NCBI GenBank assembly: GCA_038087875.1
Contig: CM075988.1
Coordinates: 13,642,001-13,706,000 of the forward strand
Origin: Malacoraja senta
Taxonomy: Eukaryota
Length of the DNA stretch: 64,000 nucleotides
Direction: 5' to 3'
The notes beneath the pieces were generated by a model. It saw only the letters and a program-made list of their open reading frames with translations, had not been told where the DNA came from and did not search any database. Below are positions 40,030-51,749 of this stretch, piece after piece. The position numbers and the translations under genes are program-made. The first letter of the stretch is position 1; each line of letters begins with the position of its first letter.

Positions 40030-40101
40030 CCTGTTCAGTGCCACCCACGAGTATACGCGTGTCATGGCCAATAGTGGGGAAAAAACTTGCCAGTGAACAG
40101 G
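40030..40101. mobile_element. 72-bp piggyBac-like MITE
   Basis: TTAA on both flanks (40026-40029, 40102-40105); 14-bp TIR cctgttcagtgcca/tgccagtgaacagg with 2 mismatches. Confidence 0.75.
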
Positions 40102-40197
40102 TTAAACTTGCAGCTGGATGGATCATACACATTTGTTGCAAGTGTTGTAGCCTGCTCTGTAAATATGTAAATTATGCTCAAAGGGGACAGAGTGTCT

Positions 40198-41705
40198 GGA
40201 AGGAATAGTGCCGGAGGATTGGCGTACTGCGCATGTTGTTCCGTTGTTTAAAAAGGGTTCGAAGAGTAAACCTAGCAATTATAGACCTGTTAGTTTGACG
40301 TCAGTGGTGGGCAAATTAATGGAAAGGATACTTAAAGATAATATATATAAGCATCTGGATAAGCAGGGTCTGATTAGGAACAGTCAACATGGATTTGTGC
40401 CTGGAAGGTCATGCTTGACTAATCTTCTTGAATTTTTCGAAGAGGTTACTAGGGAAATTGATGAGGGTAAAGCAGTGGATGTTGTCTATATGGACTTCAG
40501 TAAGGCCTTTGACAAGGTTCCTCATGGAAGGTTGGTTAAGAAGATTCAATTGTTGGGTATTAATGGTGGAGTAGCAAGATGGATTCAACAGTGGCTGAAT
40601 GGGAGATGCCAGAGAGTAATGGTGGATGGCTGTTTGTCAGGTTGGAGGCCGATGACTAGTGGGGTGCGTCAGGGGTCTGTGTTGGGTCCACTGTTGTTTG
40701 TCATGTACATCAATGATCTGGATGAAGGTGTGGAAAATTGGATTAGTAAGTATGCAGATGATACTAAGATAGGTGGTGTTGTGGATAATGAAGTAGATTT
40801 TCAAAGACTACAGAGAGATTTAGGCCATTTGGAAGAGTGGGCTGAAAGATGGCAGATGGAGTTTAATGCTGACAAATGTGAGGTGCTACATCTCGGCAGG
40901 ACAAATCAAAATTGGACGTACACGGTAAATGGTAGCGAATTGAGGAATGCAGTTGAACAGAGGGATCTAGGAATAACTGTGCATAGTTCCCTGAAGGGGG
41001 AATCTCATGTAGATAGGGTGGTAAAGAAAGCTTTTGGTGTGCTGGCCTTTATAAATCAGAGCATTGAATATAGAAGTTGGGATGTAATGTTAAAATTGTA
41101 CAAGGCATTGGTGAGGCCAATTCTGGAGTATGGAGTACAATTTTGGTCGCCTAATTATAGGAAGGATGTCAACAAAATAGAGAGAGTACAGAGGAGATTT
41201 ACTAGAATGTTGCCTGGGTTTCAGCAACTAAGTTACAGAGAAAGGTTGAACAAGTTAGGTCTTTATTCTTTGGAGCGCAGAAGGTTAAGAGGGGACTTGA
41301 TAGAGGTCTTTAAAATTATGAGCGGGTTAGACAGAGTGGACGTGGATAAGCTTTTCCCATTGAGAGTAGGGAAGATTCAAACAAGGGGACATGACTTGAG
41401 AATTAAGGGACAGAAGTTTAGGGGGAACATTAGGGGGAACTTCTTTACTCAGAGAGTGGTAGCTGTGTGGAATCAGCTTCCAGTGGAAGTGGTGGAGGCA
41501 GGTTCGATGTTATCCTTTAAAAATAGATTGGATGGGTATATGGACGGGAAAGGAATGGAGGGTTATGGTCCGAGTGCAGGTAGATGGGACTAGGGGGAAG
41601 TATTTATTTTTAATTTAAAATTAAAAAAAAAAAATGTTTTTAAATGTTCGGCACGGACTTGAAGGGCCGAGATGGCCTGTTTCCGTGCTGTTATTGTTAT
41701 ATGGT
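40198..41705 (+). mobile_element. Young 5'-truncated CR1 (HER1-like) LINE with open RT ORF (40208-41593, 461 aa)
   Basis: NYRPVSLTS, QHGF..GRSCLTNL, DFSKAFDKVPH, QGSVLGP, YADDTK, TRGH motifs; CR1 tail. Confidence 0.95.
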
Positions 41706-41935
41706 TATATTATTTTGTTTTAGAGACTTCTCAAGTGTGTATGGAGTGTAGGCATGTTATGTAAAATTTGCCCCCGATGGTTTATTCATAAGTCAATTGG
41801 GTTGTCCCTATGGAGATGTGATTTTCACAGCACCACGAAGTGATGACTGACACATGAGAGAGATATAATTTTATTGCCACTTGTCTTCTGGCTTTTGTCT
41901 GTAAATTCATCATTATTTATTTATTGAAAGCATAC

Positions 41936-42310
41936 TTACTTACTTACTTACTGCCTATTATGCCTCCTGGCATGTAGGGCAGCAACAGAGGTCCTCCACT
42001 CCTGTCTGTTCTGAGCTAGATTCTGGACACTACCCCGGGTCAGGTCCATTGTCGATAGCCCTGGAAGTCCACGCCCAGTAGTGTTGATTCCTTCAGTTGC
42101 TGTTTTGTTTTACGAGACAGAGTTGTTAGCCATGTGCTCAACCCCCATCCTGGAGAACCAGTGGATCGCTCTTCGTCTCGCCTCTACCCTTTGACCTGTC
42201 CAGCATGGGAGACCCTAACAGGAGATGAATCTCCCATTGGCATAGCTCTAGGGGCCACTGAGACACACAAGCTCCCCGACCACGACAAGGTTGCAATCCA
42301 ACGGGGAGAA
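41936..42310 (-). mobile_element. Short bipartite RTE-type non-autonomous retroelement with (AAGT)n tail
   Basis: TSD tgaaagcatac (41925-41935, 42311-42321); tetranucleotide tail; 5' HDV-like fold. Confidence 0.75.
42163..42308 (-). ncRNA. Predicted HDV-like ribozyme with extended P4
   Basis: P1 CUCCCCG/CGGGGAG, P2 GGAUUGC/GCGAUCC, P3 ACC/GGU, L3 UUGUCGU, and CGAA before the P2 3' strand. Confidence 0.55.
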
Positions 42311-42394
42311 TGAAAGCATACCGTTATTATTAATTCTAAAGTGTCAACCATTATTTTGTTCTTGTTTCTTCGAAAAATCCAAGCGATCCTAGGA

Positions 42395-42590
42395 CGGCAG
42401 CGGTAGAGTTGGTGCTTTACAGCACCAGAGACCCAGGTTCGATCCTGACTCTGGGTGCTGTCCGTATGGAGTTTGCACTTTTGTTGGATAGTAGTGTGCA
42501 GGATCGAATGAATTTACAGGTGATTGATTGTTGGTCGGTATGGATTTGATGGACCGAAGGGCCTGTTTCTGCGATGTATCTCTAAAACCT
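42395..42590 (+). mobile_element. Internally deleted HE1-like SINE
   Basis: Head and CR1-type tail are present; the core is shortened. Confidence 0.75.
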
Positions 42591-42626
42591 AAAAAAAGGA
42601 AAGTGCCCTATTAGTTACAACAAATG

Positions 42627-43680
42627 TAGGTATGTTACAATACTTACCTTCAGCGGCGCTGCAGTTCTGCCACTGGCCGTGTGTGCGACTTTCGCGCCTT
42701 TGAGGGGGGGGGGGGGGCGGGGCGGGATTAAAATGCCGTTTTCTCCTGCCTGTCCGAGATATATTTTCTCGGCCTGCCAGCTGCTGCAGAATAATCGTTC
42801 TGACTTTCGTTCTCGGAAGGTTTTAAAGAAAATCGCGGGACAATTTAATCGCTGGAGTAAAATAAAAAAGCGTCTTCTAACACCGTCAACGCCGACAACG
42901 GGACAGATCTCGCGTAGGGGACAAAACATAATGTAAGTCGTGTATTTTACATATAAACTTGCTTCTTAGGATGACTTTAATCAACATTTCCTTAGCGAAA
43001 ATGTGATTTTGCCCCCATACGAACCGGCAGTGTTTTTCCTGCCGATATGGGGTTTAAATTCACTGCAACCGCAACGTTCCAATCGATCGCATTCCACAAA
43101 AACCCAATCGCAAGATGATTAAAATGGCCATTAATTTACGGGAATTAAACATTAAATTCCTTCCATTTGGCCTATAAATTCATGACAAAGAGATTTAAAA
43201 ATCATGTTATATTGTGAATTCTTGTGTGAATGTTATATAGACACTTAGGCTATTTAAAAATGTTAACCTTTTCTTAAGAAATGGATAGATGTTTAGATCT
43301 AGTAATTTAATTTTGTAATTAGCTACAATTAGGTAACTAACTAATTATATGCTTTAATTTCAGGTCATCCAAGTAAGATTGTTTCATATTTGTTTCAGAA
43401 TGCTTCAATCTATAATAACTGAACATTTCTTTCAGTTCTCTTAATTTTTAAGAAAGTTATGGGCTTTTGACTGTCCTCGATCACAGCTTTTGTGTTAAGT
43501 CAATGGAAAAGCAATAGGGAACAAGATGCTAATTTCTGAGTATGAAAACGGCCATAACTTTTTTAATACTGAAGATATGAAAGTGAATTAGGTGTCAAAT
43601 TAAACTTTTTTTTATGCTTTATCTGATGGGATAAATTGCAGACTTGATTTTTGAAATCTCAAAATTCTGTAACATTGCTA
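42627..43680. mobile_element. Non-autonomous TIR DNA transposon (hAT-like TAG termini), 1054 bp
   Basis: TIR taggtatgttaca/tgtaacattgcta with 2 mismatches; flanking repeat acaaatg (42620-42626, 43681-43687); CpG-rich left half. Confidence 0.8.
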
Positions 43681-43831
43681 ACAAATGATAAATTGTTGTA
43701 ATTGCCTGATGTCCTCATTAATGTGCAGTGACGCCATGCAAACTCCATGCAAACCTATGTGAGAGGTCGTTTGGATTTGGCTTATTCTAAAATTCTCCAT
43801 GGATGTTCAAATGATAGTTGAAAATATTGTT

Positions 43832-43969
43832 CTTCTCCTTGCATATGGCGTGCACAGGCTAAAGTTGTAGGACAACTTGTTCTATTTGATCTTATTTGAT
43901 TGTGCACGCCAGGTTGATTGCATTCATTGAAACAGGGCGGACCACGTGAAGGTTGCAATCTTCCACCCC
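43832..43969 (-). mobile_element. 138-bp Vingi/Ingi-like short retroelement, copy 1
   Basis: 11-bp TSD aaaatattgtt/aagatattgtt; (GAA)-like tail after gcacgccatatgc; paralog at 55760-55896. Confidence 0.8.
43916..43969 (-). ncRNA. Predicted minimal HDV/CPEB3-like ribozyme (catalytic C position reads U in this copy)
   Basis: GGGGUGG AA GAUUGCA ACC UUCACGU GGU CCGCCCU GU UUCAA UGAA UGCAAUC; all of P1, P2 and P3 pair. Confidence 0.75.
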
Positions 43970-44365
43970 AAGATATTGTTAATGATCTTAGTCCCTGTGA
44001 TTAGGCAATATTCAAAGAAGGAATATATTTGGATTACAGGTAACAAATTTTACCTGTGATATTCTCACGTAGTCAAAATAATTTAAAATTATTTGTATTG
44101 ACACTGTAGTTTGAAGTATATGTACTGCACAAAACTTTACGCCAATACGTGATATTCAATATCACGTGGAATATATTGGGACCCACTCAACTTAAAATAA
44201 TGAACATTCAAAATTTAAATTAGTTGGCTCAAAATATTTGCTCCAGAGATGATCTTCTTGATGTTGTAATATACCTGTATTTCCCGGCAATGAAGATGCT
44301 ATTTTTTACCCAAAAATAAGGCACAAAAATTGGAGGCCGTAGATTAGGTTGTAAGCCAAGAAACG

Positions 44366-44435
44366 TAGGCTTGGTTATCCCTCAGCGCAGCAACATCAAG
44401 AACGATGTTGCTGTATTGAGGGACAGCCAAGTCTA
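44366..44435. repeat. 70-nt hairpin with 32-bp stem
   Basis: taggcttggttatccctcagcgcagcaacatc-aagaac-gatgttgctgtattgagggacagccaagtcta. Confidence 0.85.
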
Positions 44436-44989
44436 TCCCTCATTGCTGGCAGCTGATGGGAAGCGGCTGTAAAAGGACAGCGTCGCTTGGGCGGAGAGTT
44501 CCTTTCACAGCGTGTGGGGAGTCTGGCCCGGGGAGAGAAGTAGCTCGGGTGACGGCATTGGACAGCGGAACAGCAAATCCCTGGGACGCGAGGGATCTGG
44601 GAACTGAAACCAGTCCCGGGGATGCGAGGGATCTGGGATGCAGAGATCCTAATGCATATTTACACTGGAGTCTGTTAGAATGTGGCGCACAGGGTATCTA
44701 ACAAAGGATTCAGCCCTATCTCATTTCAACACCACATATTTTGCTGTCCACAGCTCATTTTTTGCACTATTTTATGCTCAAGCTACTTGCTGTCTCATAA
44801 AATCCCTGTTCTTGGAGGCAATTATAAAAAAAGGAAGGTACCAAGGTCATTTACGAGTAGCAATGCTGTTCCCCTTAACTTCTCCAAGGCTGGTGAATTA
44901 TAGAGCACAACAATTTTGTGTGTAATGCAAAATGGGAAGACATTTAAGACAGAAATTGATTAGATTGTGATTTTCACCTGGATGCTTGG

Positions 44990-45681
44990 AGGTCACATAG
45001 CTCGTGCATCTTTACCCAGTTGGCTCTACATATGTTGCTGACAATATGTTGGCAATCGTGGACCCATACTTACAGATGTTTGACTGCATTTGCAGGATGT
45101 TCACATTTTTTAATAGGAAATCTATCATCAGTTGCTGCAATTAATTTATTACCAGTTGAAAAAGCTGGCATATTAAAATTTTGGAAAAAACCTGCAACCC
45201 CCACAATTAAGATGTGGATTATGGAGATGTCGGAGACCTTACATTTGGAAAAAATTAGATATGTCTTAATTGACAAACCAGAATTATTTACTCTAATATT
45301 GGCTCCATTTATAGATTATCTGAAGGGGTAGACTGGGCCAGCACGGAGGCCTGACTGAAACCTGAACCCAGGACTAGATGAATAGTTACGTTTTCTGACC
45401 TATGGACCTATCTCCTAAGTTGTATTATTGATAGTTTATCTTACTTTTCTAATTTCTTTACTTTATTTCTTTATTTTTCTTATCTATAAATATAAATAAA
45501 TAATTAGAGGCAACGTTAATATGTAACAGATAAAGGAGGACCCCAGCTACTTTGGTAACTGGGTACCCGGAACCCTGGATACTTAATATGTAATCGTTAT
45601 ACAAAGTTTGTATTGGGTTGGACTATGATATGCAGATACCTTTAATAAAAAAAAGTAAAAAAGAAAAAAAAAAAAGAAAAA
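44990..45681 (+). mobile_element. L1-type LINE 3' end with poly(A)
   Basis: ILKFWKKPATPTIKMWIMEMSETLHLEKIRY resembles the fish L1 ORF2 C-terminus; aataaa and A-rich tail at 45644-45681. Confidence 0.72.
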
Positions 45682-45683
45682 GC

Positions 45684-46010
45684 TGGCACATTGGCACAGC
45701 GGGTAGAGATGCTGCCTCACAACACCAGAGACCCAGTTTCGATCCTGACCTTGGGTGCTGCTTGTGTGGAGATTGCACATTCCCCCTGTGACCATGTGGG
45801 TTTCCTCTGGGTGCTCCGGATTCTTCCCACATCCCAAAAATGTGCATGTTTTGTAGGTTAATTGGCCTCTGTCACCTGTCCCTTGTGTGTAGGGAGTGGG
45901 TGGGAAGGTGGCATAACATAGAACTAGTGTGAAGGGGTGATCAATGGGCAGTGTAGACATGGTGGGCCGAAGGGCCTGTTTCCATGCTGTATCTCTAAAC
46001 TAAACTAAAA
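45684..46010 (+). mobile_element. HE1-like V-SINE
   Basis: Complete head, core and (ctaaa)n tail. Confidence 0.85.
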
Positions 46011-48699
46011 CCATTGGCAGGCATTAAAAAGTTCCAAGCTGATAACCTCGAAGAGTGAAACGATGGTGAAGGGAAAATGAAGAGACCATCAATGTTTTGG
46101 CCGCCTTGTAAATCAGAGCTGAGGATTAATTTTCAGCTCCTCTTTCTTTCCAGTTGGTGCAATGAGGGGTAAGACGGTAATCTCCACTCTATTTTCAGAA
46201 GCAAGGTTTTATTATTTCTAGTGGAGTTTTTTTTTTGAGCTGCTAAAACTGCAGATGTGCTGACAGCAAAGGAACTGGAAATATGTGTAAGTGTGAATTG
46301 AAGTGAGCCAGCAAAGTGACTGGAAGCTAGCCAATGCTCTGCTACTGAATAATTTATTAAAGAGGCTTTTGTGAGCCACTGTAGATGGATCTTTCTTTGT
46401 TAGACCAGTCTCATCATTTTTCAGACAGATACTGTATACCCTATTAAAGCGGATCACTAAGGAAAACATGGCAGATTTGAAGATGCCTTCTTCAGCACCT
46501 ACCTTCACATTTCATTTTCCATTTAAATCATTCAGGCTTTTCTCTTAATTTCCAAGGAAAGCTGAAATTATTGTTTAACAGAGAAACAAGAAAACAAGTG
46601 GCCAAATGACATCAATCTGCTACCAGAACATCTAGTCTGAAGGAGGGTCTCGACCCAAAACTTCACCCATTCCTTCTCACCAGAGACACTGCTTGTCCCG
46701 CTGAGTTACTCTAGCTTTTTGTGTCTATCTTTGTCATTAACAAGTTCTGCTCCCCAACTGATATGTTTTCTTGGTAGACTCCGATTGTCACCTCTTCAAT
46801 ATTTCACAATACATTTACTATATTAGAAACCTTTGGTGAAATATATACACTATGTTGAAATTAAGCAAACATTCAAAAAGCCCCCTTCTCGGGCACAAGT
46901 AGGGCTGGGCGATGTTTTGTTATCCTTGGCAGCAAAGCATGCAACCTATGAATGAATACAATTTATCTCAGCTGCACCTTAAAATCATTACACTTACAGT
47001 GCACTAGTTTGATTTATAGTGACTGTATTGTGTGGCTATCAGACAATATATTTTATATCCATAAAATGTCACAAACATGAGATACAAGGCAGATAAGTAA
47101 TTTTAATAAAAAAGAGGAATGGCCTCCTTAATGTCCACTGAAGAGGCAGACAGGATGTCTATTTAATTTCTCATCTTTGACAATGTATCATTCAACGTTA
47201 TGGCATGTTTAGTTTATGTGCTCAATCCTAGAGCAAGTTTAAGAGCAAAGCTGATGTAAAGTAATATATAATTTGGCAACTCATTTGCTTATTTTATCAA
47301 AGTACGGTTTTAATGCCTTTTAGATTTTCTTGCTACAGAATCATGGTAAATGATACAGGCTTTGTCTGCGATATCCATTTGGTGGAGGGGCTCTTACTTG
47401 GTTCTGGGGTACCCAGAAAATCCACATGGAAGGCTTCACTACTTACCCAGAAAATGTATCATTAGGAGACATCCCACCCCATCCCCCACACCCTGTTGCA
47501 ACCTCTGTAGAATGAAAGTAAGAAACAAACTGAGGATGAGGAAAAAAATTCTGGAAATACTCAGCTGACCAGATAGCATTTGGGGGAAGGGAAACATAAC
47601 TAATGTTTCAACTCGAAGAGTCTTTATCAGAAAAGAGAGAAAAAGAGCAAGCTAGTTTTCAATTGCAGAGAATATGGAGGATGCATGGATAGGACAAAGG
47701 TAATCTCATGAACAGGGTGAGACCAGGATTACTGCGGAGATGTTAGAGTCATAAACAGAAATAGCACGGAAATGGGCCATCTAGCCTACTGAGTCGCTTA
47801 ACCACACATCTGCACTAATCCTACATTATTCCCATTAATTATTCCCTCCACATTCTCCTCAACATCTCCCCTACCCCTCAACTCTAGATTCTACTCCTCA
47901 CACACAGTGGAAGCAATTTACAGTGGCCAATTAACTTATTAATTTACATGTAGCTGGGATGAGGGAAGAAACCAGAGCACCTGGAGTAAACCCATGACCT
48001 CACAGAGAGAATGGGCAAACCCTTCAGAGACTACATCCAAGGTCACGATTTAATTGTATCTCAGTCATTGTGAGGCACCAGGTCTACTACCTGAGACATA
48101 GAGAGAGAGAGAGATAGAGACAGACAGACAGACGTTGAAAGCTGGAAGCCACTTGATCTTTCAGTCTGTCTCTGTCCAATCCAGCTCAGCAGCAGATGAA
48201 GTTTTATGTATGGAAGTGTAGTGTCAGCTGCCAGAGACATGTGACAAGGGCAGCGCCCACTATTCAAGCAGAAATTCTGGGCTCAGATGGTGAACAGATC
48301 ACTTTCCTTTGCAGATGGCTTTCCATATCAAGAGGCTACAGTTCCTGGCAGACCCGAGGGCACTGACCTAGTTTTTGAATCGTGTTTGACTATTGATAGA
48401 TATGTCATTACATATCAAACCTAACATGGCCCAGTGGGCATCTCATGCAGAAGCCCTAAATTGTTGGTGATGGCTGTGGCACGATTGAATGCTCCTTTCA
48501 ACTCTAGAAGTGCTATTAATCTCTATTCAAGCTTCTATTGATTTTGCCATTTTACCTTTTGTGATTCTTTAGTCTTTCCGAAGTACTTTGGGCCTTGCTT
48601 TAGTTTAGAGATACAGCATGGAAACAGGCTCTTCAGCCCACCGAGTCCATGCCGTTATCAATCACCCCGTCACACCTGTTATCCCGTGTACTCATCCAC

Positions 48700-50980
48700 T
48701 CCCTACACTCCGCCTTGTGCTCCGCCTAGCAGAGCTGGTCCTTACTCTCAACAACTTCTCCTTCGACTCCTCCTACTTCCTCCAGATGCAAGGCGTAGCT
48801 ATGGGCAATCACATGGGCCCTAGCAATGCCTGCCTCTTTGTAGGGTAGGTCGAACAATCCCTGTTCCAAGCATACACCGGCCTGATCCCCAAACTCTATC
48901 TCTGCTACATTGACGACTGCATTGGGCTACCTCCTGCACCCATGCAGAACTCACTGACTTCATCAACTTCACCACTAATTTCCCATAGCCATCTTGATAA
49001 CACTTCTGCCCATTCTGCTTCCTGTAAAGACTCTATCCCCTACTCCAAATTCCTCCCTGTACACCGCATCTGTGCCCAGGATGAGGTGTTCCAAACCAGG
49101 GCATCGGAGATGTCCTCATTCTTTAGGGAATGGGGGTTCCCCTCTTCCATTATAGACGAGGCTCTCACTAGGGTCTCCTCGATATCCCGCAGCTCCGCTC
49201 TTACTCCCCTTCCCCCCCATTCGTAACAAGGACAGAGTCCCCCTTGTCCTCACCTTCCACCCCATCAGCCGTAGTATACAGCTTATAATCCTCCATCATT
49301 TTCGCCACCTCCAATGGGATCCATTTAACTGGACTCATCTTCCCATCTCCACTCCTTTCTGCTTTCCACAGAGTTCCCTCTGTAACTCCGGAGGAGTCTA
49401 AATCCGGAGGAGGCGCTGTCCTGAACGGCTGCCTGTCCTGCAGCTGTCCGTCTTTTCCCTTCTTTTTTTATTATTTTTGGTACGTTTAGTGTGTAGTCAG
49501 GGGGCCTAATCTTTTTATGTGTGGGGGGTGGTGGGGGGGAAGGGGGAAACTGCTTTTCGAGTCCCTACCTGGTCGGAGGGGTTGCCTTCCTCCGAGCAGC
49601 GCCTTCGACCTGTCCTTGCGGCCTACCAGCGGGGCCTGGAGCGGCGTTTCCCTGGGGGACCTGGCCAGAACATCAGCTTTGGCGGCGGTGCAGAACATCG
49701 GCTTTGGCGGCGGTGCAGCGCTGGAGCGCTGTCGTGGAGCGGGCGATGCCTTTCCTGGGTCGCCGCGCTGGGACTCCAGTATGCTGGGACCGCCGATGGG
49801 AACATCGTGGAGCCAGAAAACCGGCTTTGGCGGCGGCGCAGACGTTTCCCTGAGGGGACCTGGCCAGAACACCGGCTTTGGCGGCGGCGCAGAACATCGG
49901 CTTTGGCGGCGGTGCAGCACTGGAGCGCTGTCGTGGAGCGGGCGATGCCTTTCCTGGGTCGCCACGCTGGGACTCCAGTATGCTGGGACCGCCGATGGGA
50001 ACATCGTGGAGCCGCGGTTCTGTGGAGCAGCCCAGCTGCGACGCTGAACGGTACATCCCGGAGCCTGGGCGAGAATATCGGGCGCCGTGGCGTGACTGTG
50101 GAGGCCTCAGTGGGCCCGACTCTGGGTGGACAAGAGGATGGGGACTGGACTTTGTGCCTTCCCCCACAGTGCGAACCATTGTGGGGGGATGTTTTTGTGT
50201 TGAACTTCTTTTCGAACACTATGTTGTATTTTTATTAGTGTGCTGCAAGGACATCTTAATTTCCCCTGAATAAGGGGATTAATAAAGTCTTATCTTATCT
50301 TATCTTATCTTATCTTATCTTAACTCCTTGGTCAGTTCGTCCCTTCCCACCCAAACAACCCAGGTACTTTCCCCTGCAACTGCAGGAGATGCAACACCTG
50401 TCCCTTTACCCCCCCCACCCCACCCCCCACCCCCACCCCCCGACTCCATCCAAGGACCTAAACAGTCTTTCCAGATGAGGCAGATGTTCAAGAAGGAACT
50501 GCAGATGCTGGAAAATCAAAGGTAGACAAAAGTGCTGGAGAAACTCAGCGGGTGTGGCAGCATCTATGGAGCGAAGGAAATAGGCAACGTTTCGGGCCAA
50601 AACCCTTCTTCAGACCGATGTGATGGGGGGGGGGGGGGGGGCAGGAAGAAGAAAGGAAGAGGAGGAGCCAGAGGGCTGAGGGAGAGCTGAGAAGGGGAGG
50701 AGACAGCAAGGGCTACCGGAAATTGGAGAAGTCAATGTTCATACCGCTGGGGTGCAGACTGTCCATTATGAGCATTGACTTCTCTAACTTCAGATAGCCC
50801 TTGCTTTCTCTCTCCTTCCCCTTCCCAGTTCTCCCACTAGTCTTACTGTCTCTGCCTACATTCTATTTTTTTCCTGTCCCCCCCCCTCCCCTGACATCAG
50901 TCTGAAGAAGGGTCTCGACCCAAAATGTCAGCATTTTGTGTCTACCTTCGATTGTACCAGCATCTGCAGTTCTTTCTTAC
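48700..50980 (+). mobile_element. Rearranged Penelope element: RT fragments, inverted pseudo-LTR (~50487-50761) and direct pseudo-LTR
   Basis: VLTLNNFSFDSSYFLQMQGVAMG, tacattgacgac (YIDD) and IPYSKF; sequence shared with 62930-63990. Confidence 0.85.
49390..50320 (+). mobile_element. 931-bp GC-rich non-autonomous retroelement with (CTTAT)n tail
   Basis: 7-bp TSD taactcc (49383-49389, 50321-50327); ggggattaataaagt then (cttat)n; internal duplication. Confidence 0.8.
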
Positions 50981-51349
50981 ACACTCCCTACACTCTATGG
51001 GCAATTTACAAGTCCAATTAACCTACAAACACAAATGTCTTTGAGATGTGGGTGGAAACCAGAGCAACCTGAGAAAACCCTTGTGGCCACAGGGAAAATG
51101 TGTAAACTCCACACAGGCAGCACCTGAGGTCAGGATCGAACCCTGTCTCTAGAGCTGAGAAGCAGCAGCTCTAATAGCTGTCATTGTGCCCCAACCACCA
51201 TGTGAAAGACTCAAATATGAGGAGGATGTTAGGAATTCTAAAGTGTTATCATGACAATGGTATAATATAGGAAATTAAACACCCAGTTTATGAACAGTAT
51301 GGTCATATAGCCAGCATGATAACAGCCAGGATTAATTTTATTGATGTTG

Positions 51350-51560
51350 GTCAGAGGTGTGAAATGTTGGCCAACTTACCAGGGGCAATCACCCGCTCAT
51401 CTTTGACATAGTGCTGTGGAATTTTGTATGTATGAGCGTGAAGAAAGGCCCTTATCTCTTTTGAAAAACAGTACTGCTGTTGGTAACATATTCCCTCAGA
51501 GCTATGCTGGAAAGCTGTTGGAGTTTTATTAAAATTCATTCTTGGAGTCTGGACATCAAT
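51350..51560. mobile_element. Possible ancient Deu-domain SINE remnant
   Basis: Loose recalled resemblance to DeuSINE cores; a similar trace lies near 3010-3065. Confidence 0.35.
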
Positions 51561-51749
51561 TATTGACCAGTCCAAACTGCCCTGAGATGGAGGTTGTGGG
51601 CAACCACCTTGAAACATTCCAGTCTCTATGTTGAAAGTATTCCCATAGCGTTGTTGGGAAGGAAGTTCCAATATTTAGACCCACAGACGATGAAGGACCT
51701 GCAATATATTTTCCGTAAGGATGGTGTGAGGATTGGAGAGGAGCCCAGA

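Noticed and set aside
46247..46290. Short ag...gtaagt micro-exon candidate
   Set aside because: Poor polypyrimidine tract and no recognisable product.
49486..50273. Overlapping 110-239 aa ORFs on both strands
   Set aside because: Explained by high GC content and internal duplication; no domain motifs.
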